Source: Ruditapes philippinarum
Lineage: Eukaryota
Assembly (NCBI RefSeq): GCF_026571515.1
Contig: NW_026859905.1
Coordinates: 1 to 64,000, forward strand
Direction of reading: 5' to 3'
Length of the DNA stretch: 64,000 nucleotides
Shown piece after piece: positions 1 through 13,600 of the stretch. Each line of letters starts with the position of its first letter. Within the stretch, counting starts at the first letter, position 1. The position numbers and the translations under genes are program-made. The notes beneath the pieces are model-generated. The model was not told the origin of the DNA and did no database searches. It saw only the letters and a list, made by a program, of their open reading frames with translations.

Positions 1-366
1 TAAAGAAAATTTAAGCCTGAGCATGTTGTTGCAAGGACAATGGTCCAGTCAACATTTGTGCCAAGTTTGATTAGTGTTGAAGCAAAGTTTTTATAGTATT
101 ATAGCAATTTGAACTTGTAACGGGAGACTTTTCAATGAAAACAGCCATTTTTCACAAAATGCTCATGAAGTAATGGGTTAAATAAACATATGACAGTGAA
201 GTGTCCAAAAACAAAGATTTTTGCCAATAATCCATTACTAAAATGGTGATATAGTGCATTAAAAAGGTGTAATCATTAAACCCAACAATATGCCACATAA
301 ATGATTATAGTTCTGTTAGTTTGAAAAACTTTCAAAAGAGTTTTGCACTATTTATTTTGTACGTAA

Positions 367-1570
367 ACAAGAGCTGTCGGTAGGACAGCAACGCTCGACT
401 ATTCTTAGTGCTTGATAGTAAAAAAAAATGCTTGATAGAGTTACCTCCTCCTGTTTACAGGTTGGGGTCATGATGGTGAACAAGTGTGCAAAGTTTCAAA
501 GCCATATGTCAATGGACTTTGAAAATATTTGAACTATTACAAAAACTTTAACGTAAATTCTAAGTCGAAAAAGGGGCATAATTCTGTCAAAATGCTAGAT
601 AGAGTTACCTCCTCCTGTTTACAGGTTGGGGTCATGATGGTGAACAAGTGTGCAAAGTTTCAAAGCCATATGTCAATGGACTTTGAAAATATTTGAACTA
701 TTACAAAAACTTTAACGTAAATTCTAAGTCGAAAAAGGGGCATAATTCTGTCTAAATGCTTGATAGAGTTACCTCCTCCTGTTTACAGGTTGGGGTCATG
801 ATGGTGAACAAGTGTGTAAAGTTTCAAAGCCATATGTCAATGGACTTTGAAAATATTTGAACTATTACAAAAACTTTAACGTAAATTCTAAGTCGAAAAA
901 GGGGCATAATTCTGTCAAAATGCTTGATAGAGTTACCTCCTCCTGTTTACAGGTTGGGGTCATGATGTTGAACAAGTGTGCAAAGTTTCAAAGCCATATG
1001 TCAATGGACTTTGAAAATATTTGAACTATTACAAAAACTTTAACGTAAATTCTAAGTCGAAAAAGGGGTTAACTAGGTTAACATTTAAGCAAAGTTTGCA
1101 GATAATTTGTTCTTCAAGGAATGTGATTAATATTGTGGACACAAAATTGTCTGACATTTAACCCTTATGGTGACCTTGGGATGCGACAGCAGCACATCTT
1201 GTTGAAGTGACCATTTGAACAAATATTGAAGGGGTGTAGATTGAAGGGGTGTAGAATTTATACATCAGACATGAAATTGCCTAAGATTTTACCATCAAGG
1301 ATGACCTGGACTTTGAGCTGGCATACCAAAAGCATGGGTTCTGCATATCACCATGTCAATGTAAACATTTTGTCTTCAAAGGTTTAGGATAATTAGAGCA
1401 GATACAAAACTGCCTGATTTTTGAACTTCAAGGGTGACTTTGATCTTGTGCAGCATCGATTCTACATATTGCCTTGTTGAAACATTTCACTAAAGTTTGA
1501 ATAAAACTATTTATGGTGGAATTATGGAATTATAGAGCACAGGTGATGGATACACTGACCAGACAATATC
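367..1570. mobile_element. Bivalve-type non-autonomous element (pearl/HINE-like) with an internal 164-bp tandem array
   Basis: Head AACAAGAGCTGTC... at 367, then four near-identical 164-bp units, then degenerate GACCTT-containing units to ~1570. A related head and degenerate unit recur at ~6985-7260. The family assignment is inference. Confidence 0.55.
428..1068. repeat. 164-bp satellite-like tandem repeat, ~4 copies
   Basis: The anchor TTACCTCCTC starts at 441, 605, 769 and 933 (period exactly 164). Copies differ by only a few substitutions. Confidence 0.95.
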
Positions 1571-1656
1571 ATTTCAGTAAAGTCTCCTCTAGTATATTTT
1601 AAAATCACTGGCTCACTACCAAACTATTATCATGTGACTATCATGTGATTACATAC

Positions 1657-4600
1657 ACTGTTTTTCTTTTCCTGTTCTTCTGGTTCCTCTTGGTCACTTT
1701 CACTGTCCTCATCTGTAACAGTGTAACATGATAGTATGTTATTTGCAATCTTTATAAATCATTAAAAATGTTTATTTGGAATCTTATTTCTTCATTTGGT
1801 CAAATTTTCCATTAAAAATAAGTTCAACTAAGTCCAGGTTATTTCATTGATTTTCATATCAACCAAGATCTAGCTTCTCAGAATTGATAAATTTTTTTTC
1901 ATTTAAATGTCAATCTCAAAGTTATAAAGGGCCATAATGTAATTTTCAATGAATTTCATTACAATTTAAGGCAAAATATGGCTGAAAATTTAAATTTTCT
2001 TAAGGAAATGCCTTTATTAAGTAACAAAAGTTCATAACATTAAAACTGTATTTTGATATCACTTAATGAGTCTCAATTCCCATTTATTTTAATGTCAAAT
2101 TCATTGAAATTGGACAAATAAATTATAAAATATATTGCAACATCCTCATTCTAACATCATCAATGGAGGACTATTAAACTATGTTACCAAGTATTGAGGG
2201 CCCTGATAAATCCAGAGACTTGGCCGCATTCAGGTCTCCTTCCAAACTCACTTTCATTCTGCTGTCTGAAAATAATAACAAAAAAATTCATATTCTATCT
2301 TCCATGTGTAACTTACGTTAACAAAATAATTTTTAAAATAACTTTTTTATTATGTATAATTATTATGACTTAGTATGATATTAAGTATATCTAGTTTGGA
2401 GACTTTTAAGTCTATGTGAATCACTAAAACCAGCAGACAAAACTTATGTTTTAAAGAAAGAAACAAACACCCCTCAAGGAAACATTATATAAACAATATG
2501 CCATGAATTCAGTCAAATATCATATCACTCTAACTTAATTGATGTAAAAATTTCAAATTTTAAGTTTTTTGACCTCAGTAGATAAAGTAAATATAATATA
2601 ATATACCACAGGCATCCTTGTAGGCACTACATTGCATATACAGCACATACAGTGGATGGGGTAAGAATTGGGCAGTCATATGCTCTTCTCTAACACTGTC
2701 AAATGGCATATCTAGATACTCTTGTACTGGCTTCGTAGACTGTAAAAATAAATGAACAATTAAATCATCAAAAAGTATGAACTGCAAAATTTAATGTTTT
2801 TCTGTAATTTTATGCCTAGCATGGAATCTAATGTAATATATTAGTAATTCATTCATAAATATAACATTTTAGGATTTCAAGCTCTTCTATAAGAATCAAA
2901 GGCATTAGATTCTATTGTCTCGTTTGCACAAAAGTAATCTAATTGAGTTTAATTTACTTTAAAAAAACATTTTGTACTAAAAAGCCTTTATCTAATTCTC
3001 AACATACCAAAACCACCTTACTAAACAATTGTTAAAGAGATCATTTATTTTGCAGCTTTAACATTGTTGTCAATAAAAAGGACTCATAAAACAGTGAAAT
3101 AGTTAATTCTTTTTTTAATTTATACTGTATATAAGCTGCACTCAGACCTTTTAATTTGTAAAAAATATTTTCATTAGATTGAATTCTGGCAAATACAGTA
3201 ACATATTTCATCCAGTACACATACTGTGATAATCAGGTAACCTAGATAAGCCAATAAGATGTAATCAAATATCAGTGACAAAATATCAGCGATGCAATCA
3301 GATATAAAGCATGCAAGCCTAATTACAAAATATTGTTATTATATATTTCTATAATTTTTAAATTGCATATGCTAAATAAACCTGTAATATGTTGTTGAGT
3401 TTTGGCTGTAGATTCTCTAGATGCTCTTGTTTAGTTTTTTATCTCGTTTTCTATATCCTCCTTAGTTTTTACAGCATCCTTTAACTTTTCTGACAGTCTG
3501 TAAAAAACAATGACATAAATTTGCTCAAGTTTGGAGGCAAAACTGGAAAATCTTCTCTCATACACTTTTATTTTGATGGCATTAAAAAACATAAACACTA
3601 TGCTCATCTATATGTTCATAATTCATAGGCAAAAATTCAATAATCTATTGGTTGATTTTGATTGGATTAAATTATCCTCATTTCAACATTCAAATATATA
3701 CATTCAGACCAAGTTTCATAACACAGATGATAAATTCATTCTAGTTACTTGGACAGACAGAAAGACAAAGGTATTCCAAAATCCCCCTTTCTATTTCATA
3801 TACAGCAAAAAACTACATCTGTATTATATATATATATACAAAAAATGAAAACAAGTGCCGGAAAAAAGTCACATATAAATAAAACAAAAAACACAGTCCA
3901 TGAGTTAACTTATTTAATTATTTGCCAACCGGTTTCTCTTATGATCATCAGGGCAAATATATATATATAGACCAAGTTTAATTACACAGATGATAAATTA
4001 AATCTAGTCACTTTGACTGACATATAGACAAAGGTATTCCAAAATCCCCCTTCCTATTTCATATACAGTGAATAACTACATTTGTATTATAATAGTATAC
4101 ATCTTAATGAAGACACATACTGTTTTCTTTGTTCTAGCTCCCAGTCCAGTCTGGATAATGTTAGTTGATGACTGTCTGTCTTTGTCTTCTCCTGTAACAA
4201 TCATACATATTCTCAATGTACCAATAAAAATGAATTATCAAAGGGGTATTAATAACATCAGAAAACTCGCAAAATCTACTTCAAAAACAGCATATTATGA
4301 CTTCTTTCAATACTTTTGAGCATAAAATTGAAATAATTGATTATCCATGAAAAATGTGTGCCTCTCATTTTGGTTAATTAACATTTAGATTAATGCTGTG
4401 CTTTTTAACCTTGTTTTATAATGATCTAGCTAAATCAATTATAAAAACATCAGAGATGAGTGTATCAAGTATAATTATATTATGATTGCTAAATATTTCA
4501 GTTATTTAACACTTGAAGTGTCCAACAGAATACAGTTAGAAAACAAACTGAAGACTAGTTTCAAAATAAAACTTTGCTTTCAATTATCACAATATCAATT

Positions 4601-7600
4601 ATCATACAATAATGTTCAATTTTAATTTATATAACATTTGTCCAGAATGCTACATTTTAGTAGTTGTTACACAGTCTGAAAGCCAGTGAAATTAGCACCA
4701 AACAAAGACAGAAAATCATTACAAAAGGTAAGGCTCATAAAAATATTGCTCACAAACAGAAAACAAAAAACTGTCTTTAATGTATTTTAACAGAAATATA
4801 ATAGTATTATTTAAAATGGTAGAATACCAGATATTACCCACAGGTTATTTCTTTGCAAAAGATGCTGAAACATGTTTCATTGTAAATATATATGTACATG
4901 TACAGATAACTATATCAAATAACATTTAAATACAAAACGTATAATGATGGCAAACAATGTCTATTTTGAATAAATTAGTACATACTGGCTTGGATATCTC
5001 CTCTGGTGCTTCTTCATAAAATTGATCCACCGGAATAAGATCTATCTCTTCATCTTTTGACCTGATAAACAAATGACTACTTTAAAAATGAATCCCACAG
5101 AATGACTACTTAAACATTAAAAAATACAGGACGACTTTAACAATAAATTTCGACAGAATGATTACAATTATATTAATATTGCTGAGTTACTACCTTAACA
5201 ATAAACCCCACAGAATAACTACCTTAAGAACAAATCCGACAGAATGACTGCCAAAAGTACCTTAATAACATATCCCACAGAATGACTACCTTAAGAACAT
5301 ATCCCACAGAATGACTACCTTAAGAACATATCCCACAGAATGACTACCTTAAGAACATATCCCACAGAATGACTTCCTTAAGAGCAAATCCCACAGAATG
5401 ACTACCTTAAGAACATATCCCACAGAATGACTACCTTAAGAACAAATCCCACAGAATGACTATCAAAAGTACCTTAATAACATATCCCACAGAATGACTA
5501 CCCCACAGAATGACTACCAAAAGTACTTTAATTAATAACATATCCCATAGAATGACTACCTTAAAAACATATCCCACAGAATGACTACCTTAAGAACATA
5601 TCCCACAGAATGACTACCTTAAGAACATATCCCACAGAATGACTATCAAAAGTACCTTAATAATATATCCCACAGAATGACTACCCCACAGAATGACTAC
5701 CAAAAGTACTTTAATTAATAACATATCCCATAGAATGACTACCTTAAGAACATATCCCACAGAATGACTACCTTAAGAACATATCCCAAAGAATGACTAC
5801 CTTAAGAACATATCCCACAGAATGACTTCCTTAAGAACAAATCCCACAGAATGACTACCAAAAGTACTTTAATTAATAACATATCCCATAGAATGACTAC
5901 CTTAAGAACATATCCCACAGAATGACTACCTTAAGAACAAATCCCACAGAGAATGACTATCAAAAGTACCTTAATAATATATCCCACAGAATGACTACCC
6001 CACAGAATGACTACCAAAAGTACTTTAATTAATAACATATCCCATAGAATGACTACCTTAAGAACATATCCCACAGAATGACTACCTTTTAAAAGAACAT
6101 ATCCCACAGAATGACTTCCTTAAGAACAAATCCCACAGAATGACTACCAAAAGTACTTTAATTAATAACATATCCCATAGAATGACTACCTTAAGAACAT
6201 ATCCCACAGAATGACTACCTTAAGAACAAATCCCACAGAATGACTATCAAAAGTACCTTAATAATATATCCCACAGAATGACTACCCCACAGAATGACTA
6301 CCAAAAGTACTTTAATTAATAACATATCCCACAGAATGACTACCTTAAGAACATATCCCACAGAATGACTACCTTTTAAAAGAACATATCCCACAGAATG
6401 ACTACCTTAAGAACAAATCCCACAGAATGATTACCAAGAGTAACATAGCAACAACTTCTGCAGAATGACTACCTAAATAAATCCCGCAGAAAGACTACTT
6501 TAACAACAAATTCTGCAGAATGAATAAAAATAAAGGAACATTCAAACAATCCATGTACTTAGTTCCTGCTGTAATAAATGATACAAGGTTACATAACTAG
6601 TCTTCATCGGTCCTATTCGAGGCCCAAGTCATAGAAATATAACTTTTATCATACATTATTTTCATGTACTTGCTAAAACTAACTTCAATCCAAGAAAATA
6701 TTTTGTGTGCAGCATTTTTTTCTGTAGCTACAAATTAATGCAATCAGATAAATCAAAACATCCAACAGATTTAATCAATAGCCTATATTAAGTTCTTCTT
6801 TTTTTAAATATGACATAAAACAAGCAAATAAAAATAGTGAACTTACTTGAATCCTAAGCATTTGACTATTTCTTTTTCAAGATGCATGATTTCATAGAGA
6901 AGATTCTGTACTTGTAGATGACAGCGGTCTATTCTCATCTTCGCCTACAATAAACAATTCCAAAACATTGTCAATAGTAACTTAAACAAGACCTGTCCAT
7001 GGGCAACATACTCCACTTTTCTCAGTGCTGATAGTAAAAAGAAAGCAAAGAAAGAAAAGGGGGCATAATTCCCTAAACATGCTTTAACAAAGAATTTTCT
7101 ATGTCAGAAAAGGGCCATACTTCAGTCAAAATCCATGCCAGAGTTATAGACCTTGGATAGTGACCTCCAATTCTGATCTAAAAGACATGTGTCATGTTTA
7201 AAGTGAATACCTTCAGTAGTGTTGAAAACTGATGTTGCATGCAACACTTTAACCAAGAATTTATCATTATGCTATTGTTAAACATGCATAACATTATTAA
7301 GCATGGTTTTACTATAGCAGTGTTTATAGTGAAAACATAACATGAATCAATTTACATTGACAAGGACTTGTATAGTTCATGTTATCAAGCAATATACAAA
7401 AAAAAGGCTATAGTCTGTCCCATCAAATTTGAATATTCCATTTTTTATTTAATATAATAGTAAAATCATTTAAATTAATATCATGTTAACCCTGACGTCA
7501 ATATCTCTAGGCATGTTTTTCATTTTTTTCATAAATTCAATAATATAGTCAAAATGATAAATAATAGTTTTTTCCCGTTGACTTACGTTGTAACCTGACG

Positions 7601-10600
7601 TGACGTCCATTTCAAAATGGCGGCGCCCATATAGACGTCATTTAGGGTTCGTCTCACAATTAGCATGAAATATACTCGGTAACTATAAAAATTTGATTAT
7701 TCTTGTTTACTTACTAATCAATAGCTAAATGTTATCATTAAAATGAAAAATGTAACACAGTTGGTGTCAAAAAGGCAATTTTATTAGCAAACCATTATTT
7801 AAAATAATCAAAATCTTTGAAGTTAAAACATCAGTAACCGCTAAATATAAATTCTAACACACAAAGATTTATATAATTACCATAATACACTGCCGTATTT
7901 TATATTCTTTTAAAGAGAAAAAGACCAATGAAGTGCTTTTTCAATCAAGCGCGTATCTTGAATACAGCAACGTGTCGTAGGGAACACTAGCTAGAAGACT
8001 ATAAAAAATGGTTCTTAGCTAATTAATGTTTAATTTACATATAATTCTGTAGTTGTCTGAGTTCTGTCCTTTAGCATGTATCTCGTCTATTCAAAAATAA
8101 TTAAATTGACCAGGTTCGATGGGATACAAAAATATGTTACCCTTCTTATTTCGGGTGCTATATGTTCGAGCGCTTACACTTTCCTTAGGTTTCAACTTTC
8201 ACAAGAAATCGCCAACAAATACTACTTTATCATGCAAATCTGACAAGAAATATATAAACAGGAGAACTGATTCACTATAAAAAAAAACTCGCGTTCGAGG
8301 AAAATGTAAATAATAAGAATATAATGTCATGCTTTCTAGTTTGAGAAATCAAACGTAGACCTATGCACTTTAAGTTCGTAAATACAGATTTAACTTTCCG
8401 TCCCACAATTTAACAAAATGTCCAGAAATATCGATAAGTGTTACATATCATCATTATGTTAATATGAAGGGGAGATCGAGTCAAAGAGAAACACCGAGCG
8501 AAGTCCTCAATAATTTTAGCCTTCCTAAAATTTGAAAATATTCAGTGAAAAAAAAACAAAAAAAAAACGATAGCATATTTTTCGCGGGAGAAAAATACCG
8601 CGTATTGTATATTTTATAGCTAAAAGAGTAGGATTTACTGACGTCCTGAATAACGAGATAATATGTAGGGAAATCATTTCTAAGAAATATATAAAATAGT
8701 TTAAAAGCATATTTAATAAAAACGAAGGTTATATGTGAATTAATGGAAGAAGTATTGTACTGTCATTAAGTCTGTTTAAAATTATTCAAATGTTATCAAA
8801 AGTTTTATTGTTAATAAATGAATTGAAGGTGTAATTTTAACAGTTAAGTTGCAAAATCTGGGTATACAAAAATTATCTTAAATACCATCAAGACAAATTT
8901 ATCTCAAGGCTTAAAATTATATGTATGAGGTAACATATGCCTTACCGCCCTCTGTCAATGCCGCACCCGGAATCATCCATAAAAAGCGCGAGGCATTTTT
9001 GTTACGTCATACATTTCGTAAATTGTTGTTGACGTAATAAAGTTTTTTCGTCAGGAATGTATTTTCAAGAGTTATAAACATTGTGATGTTGACAACTAAA
9101 ATTGATGGGCCGTTTTTGAATTATGGATTTGGAACATACTGAATTATGATATGTTTCATGTACATATTTCATTTGCTAACCCACATATAACTCCACAAAT
9201 TGAACAATGTGTTAGCCTAATATTGAGACGGATTAACAGTTTAAAAAAAATCTGGATCATCATTAGTGTAGGGGTCATGACATTTAGGAGTTTTGAAGAT
9301 CTACGGAACTGGATAGAAACTGGCAATGAAGGAATCTTCAGAATGCGAATTTGTTGTGACGTTTATAAAGATCTATTTCGAATTCCAAGGGATTTTATTC
9401 AGCTTAAAAGTAAGTGCAGTTCATGTGACTCGGTGTTCTTGTTGCTTATTTTTCATTTTTTTAAAAGTTTAACATCATGCATTGCAACTAAACTGTTACA
9501 TCTTGTAGATCCAGCTTTTTAAAATAATTATGAAACGACCCCGAGAACCTCATGTATATTTTGGAAACATGACACGTGCTTTCTCCCGTTCATCTTCAAA
9601 TGAAGAGTACTTCGGCAATGGCTACGGAAAATAAACAACAGAGATTTACCATAGAGAAATCAAAATTTGATTTCACAAGAAAAGTAGACATTTTAGAGTA
9701 AAATCCTGAAAAATCTCGAGGGTGACTTTTTTTTAGTTTACAAAAATAGTTTAATTTTTATTCAATCTCGTTTTGTTAATTCATACCAGGCAAAAGTTCC
9801 TTTCCATTTTCAATGGGACAGACTATAGTTACATTGCAGACCTTTTTTTCATTTTAGGGCTATGGTGGCAAGGACTTTGTGAGGGGAAAATTGAATCATG
9901 GAGAAGAAAATTAGGGCAAATTTAGAAATGGAGAAAATATAACATTTGATGTTTAATCATCACTGTTATCATTTCAAACTACAAAGAAATGTCCCTTTCT
10001 TTTGGTAAAATACGAGGGTTGTCCGGAAAGTTCGTAGACAAGACTATTAAATTACTATAAACAGTCACTATCAAGATGAATATTGAATATTTTGCTAAAG
10101 TATTCATTCGCTACATATGTCTTAATTAAAAAACACCATAACAGTATTATTTGCAAAGCGCCGATCACCATGGCAACATGATCAATGAATCACGGAGCAC
10201 TTTGATTTTATGACGATAGCTACTCGAGTAATAAGTTAATAAATGTTGTAATTTTAACTCTAACTCTCGTTTTAATTTTGTGACATCATGAGATACTATT
10301 ACATGATATTTAGTGAAAATTATGATGTCATACGTAAATAAACAGCTTTTAACGACGATTTAAGGCAATGAATGTGTATAAATTTTGTGTTGCGAAAATG
10401 ACGTCGAATTTACGGACGGAGCAACATAATGATATTTAACTACATAGCAACGCTAATATGGCACCAGCTGAGATTTTAATCTTTACTTTAAAAACAAAAC
10501 CAAACATAAAATTTTAAAGGCAACTTGTGTTTAAATGTCAAACAAGATTCAGAAGCGGCGATGGCAGTATATCGTATAAGAAACGCCCCAGACGCCTAAA

Positions 10601-13600
10601 GGTAGCATGGGGGAGATATCGTATATTTCGTTACAACAACCTTTGAAATAGACAGACATCTCACACACAGTATGGGAACCAGTGACATTTTTGTTTTTAA
10701 ATTATAACTTTAAATATGAAATTCTTATAGTAAAAGCAACACAACATATATTAAGTATACGCCAGACATGTACCATGTCTGTTGAAATCGGAAGAAATTG
10801 AATAGCGGGTAAACATGAAGGTAATTTGACGTCGTTGACGCTGTCAAAGGGCTCCATGATGCTATATATGAACTTTCCGGACATTCCTCATAGATCTCAA
10901 AAAAAAAAGAAAGAAAAGAAGACTTGTGTGTCTCTTCAGTAATATTGGAAAATTACACACTTTTGAAAATGGAAATGCAGTCAAATAATATTTCCCCAGG
11001 TCAGTCTTTTAAAAAGCACTATTGTGATGATTAATTACCTCGTTAGTGCCGTCCCTGACCTTCTTACATCTAATATGAGCAAGTCTATTTAGTTTCTTCA
11101 GCATGACTATCTGTAACATACCTTCCATACGCTTACTCTCAATCTCTGCTGCCTGTTTATATAGAAATATCATATAAGTATAGTATATAAATATCGGATC
11201 GATAATATCATACCATTTGGATAAATACATATACATATAAACAAGTTTTTCAGTAAGTATACAAACTTAAGCCTTATTTTTTGTCAAAAAAGTGTCCAAA
11301 AGTGCTGTGTCAGTCACAAGTCTCCATTTTTGCTTATGACAACTCCTTTACCGACAAAACTACTGATTAAACTTGCAAAGCATGGGCCACTTAAAGATCG
11401 ATTCTATTCAATTGTATAACAGATTTTTTTAGTATAACCTTTTAATTCTTCTTTATACATTACAGACAACCTGCTTAATACTGAATAGTGACAAATTATG
11501 TTACTGCCGCCAGTATACATGTACATAATTATATACAAATATACAAGAAAAAGGAACAAGCATAAATATAAAATACATATATACTCAGTGAAAAGATTGT
11601 TGATTAAATTTCTATACAAGAATCCAAAGAATCCTTTAAGAAGTATTGAGGAGACATCTTAACAACTAAAGACAAGAAAATAATGATATTTACAGCATTT
11701 TTGCCTTTCGACTCTTTCAATGTCTTGATTTCAGCAATTGTTCTCTGAATGTCTCCACAAGCACTCTGAAAAAGCTCCACATCTTTATTAACATCTCTCT
11801 TTTCAACTTCATCTTCTTCAGCATAAAATAATTTACGGCCAATATTAACACTTGGTACTTCCTGCTTTATCTAAAATACATACATATACTGTACCTAAAA
11901 TTTTCCCACAAAATGGAATATTTTAACTTTTGACATATTGATATAGTCTAAAGATTGTTGTTTTTTTTTAACTCAAAAGTGTTCTCCTCAAACACATTAT
12001 ATTACTCCAAGAAAATCAAAACAGGTGATCCTTTTACAATTTATATGGTATGTCACTTTATTTTGAGATGTCCCATCATTGCCATGGTAATAGGGAATTT
12101 AAGATCGAGTATGCTGTTACAAAGGCTATGGTCCAGAAAATATTTGTGCCAAGTTTGATATTTAAACATTTTTTATAGTTTCATTTGAACTTGTAACAGG
12201 AGGCTTTCAATGAAAACTGCCATTTTTCACAAAATGCTCATGTGGTAATGGGTTAATAAGTATTTAAAGGAAAGCACCTGTCGAAAAGTTATACACATGT
12301 CATTTCATTCAATTAATCTTAAAGGCATTATGAAATAAACTTTTTAAATTAACAACTAAATAAGTACTGATTAAATAGCATGCTATAAAGGCGGAGCTTT
12401 TCAACAACTAAAGTCTGTTTCAAGATTTATCAATATAGAACAATATGTTTTGAGTTTTTTGCCGACATAGTTATGTCAATTGTCACAAAACACAACATGA
12501 GAGATCTGCTGCAACACCTTGATTTAATATTGTCATTCTGACAGTGTAAGAAATTCGGATTTGAATCCACTAGGCTGGTCGGACTATCAGATTGGAATAT
12601 TAACTATCCCAAAAGACATTTCACTAGCATGATTCATTTGTTCAAAACAGTTGTTTATATTGCCTCTGAAAATATGGTCGGGCTTGGTACTGTGAAAAGT
12701 TGGTAGCCCGAGGAGAAATTTAGTAGTCAGGGGCTATCAGACTACTGCTAATTTCGAACACTGTTCTGATTGGCTTAAGACTAGTTCTGGCTTCCAAAAC
12801 TTTATAAGCTGCTTTTTAATATTTTTGTTTTTCATCTGATGGGGCATTAAAGTTTTGGATTAGAACTGTTACAAAACATAACCAGAATAACGTAAGTTGA
12901 TTTAACCTTATTTCCATTTGCAAATGCCCTTGTCCCAATCAATTCTTGTGCATTTTATGATAAAACAATTATTTTAATATCTTTCTATACTATTTAATGT
13001 ATCAAAATATTAATACCGTCATTAAAATTGCCTGTTTAAATGTGAAACATTAATAACACGGACTACAGTCGGCCATGACATTTAGGAGCTACGCGAGACC
13101 TCGTATGACGTCATTCGGGGAACCGATTAGAGCAGAGTCGTGTACTTTATTTGGAACATCTTTGTTGACATGATTTTAATATTTATAATTCAAGATAATT
13201 TTTTTAATTTATTTTCTTAAACTTTTAGTACTTAAATATGATTATTTTAAATACAAAAGTCAGTAAATCACTTTTTTTCAATATGATATTAAAGTGCTGA
13301 ACTGTCTAATCCCATGCAAAACCTATGAAAATAAACAATAGTCTTTTTTCATTTTTAAAAAGTACTTAGTATCTATTTCATTTTGAGTTCTCATTTATTT
13401 TTAGATGAAGTCAATTTATAGTGATGTTGTGGGGTTTTTTTTTATCTGTATATCACCAGAATGTCAGGTAGAAGCTGGAAAGATCTTGACTCAGTCCAGT
13501 AAGTGAGAGTGAATAAGTTATAAGAACTGCTATAGGCAAAACAGTGGAAAACAGGACCTCCCAACTTCATTACTAACTTAAAATGATGTTATTGATTACA

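Noticed and set aside
5090-6525. CRISPR-like appearance of 29-42-bp repeats
   Set aside because: No unique spacers, no cas genes, and a eukaryotic intron context. It is a minisatellite.
9151-9522. 123-aa ORF inside the 2.4-kb TIR element
   Set aside because: No recognisable motif or splice context, so it cannot be supported as a gene.
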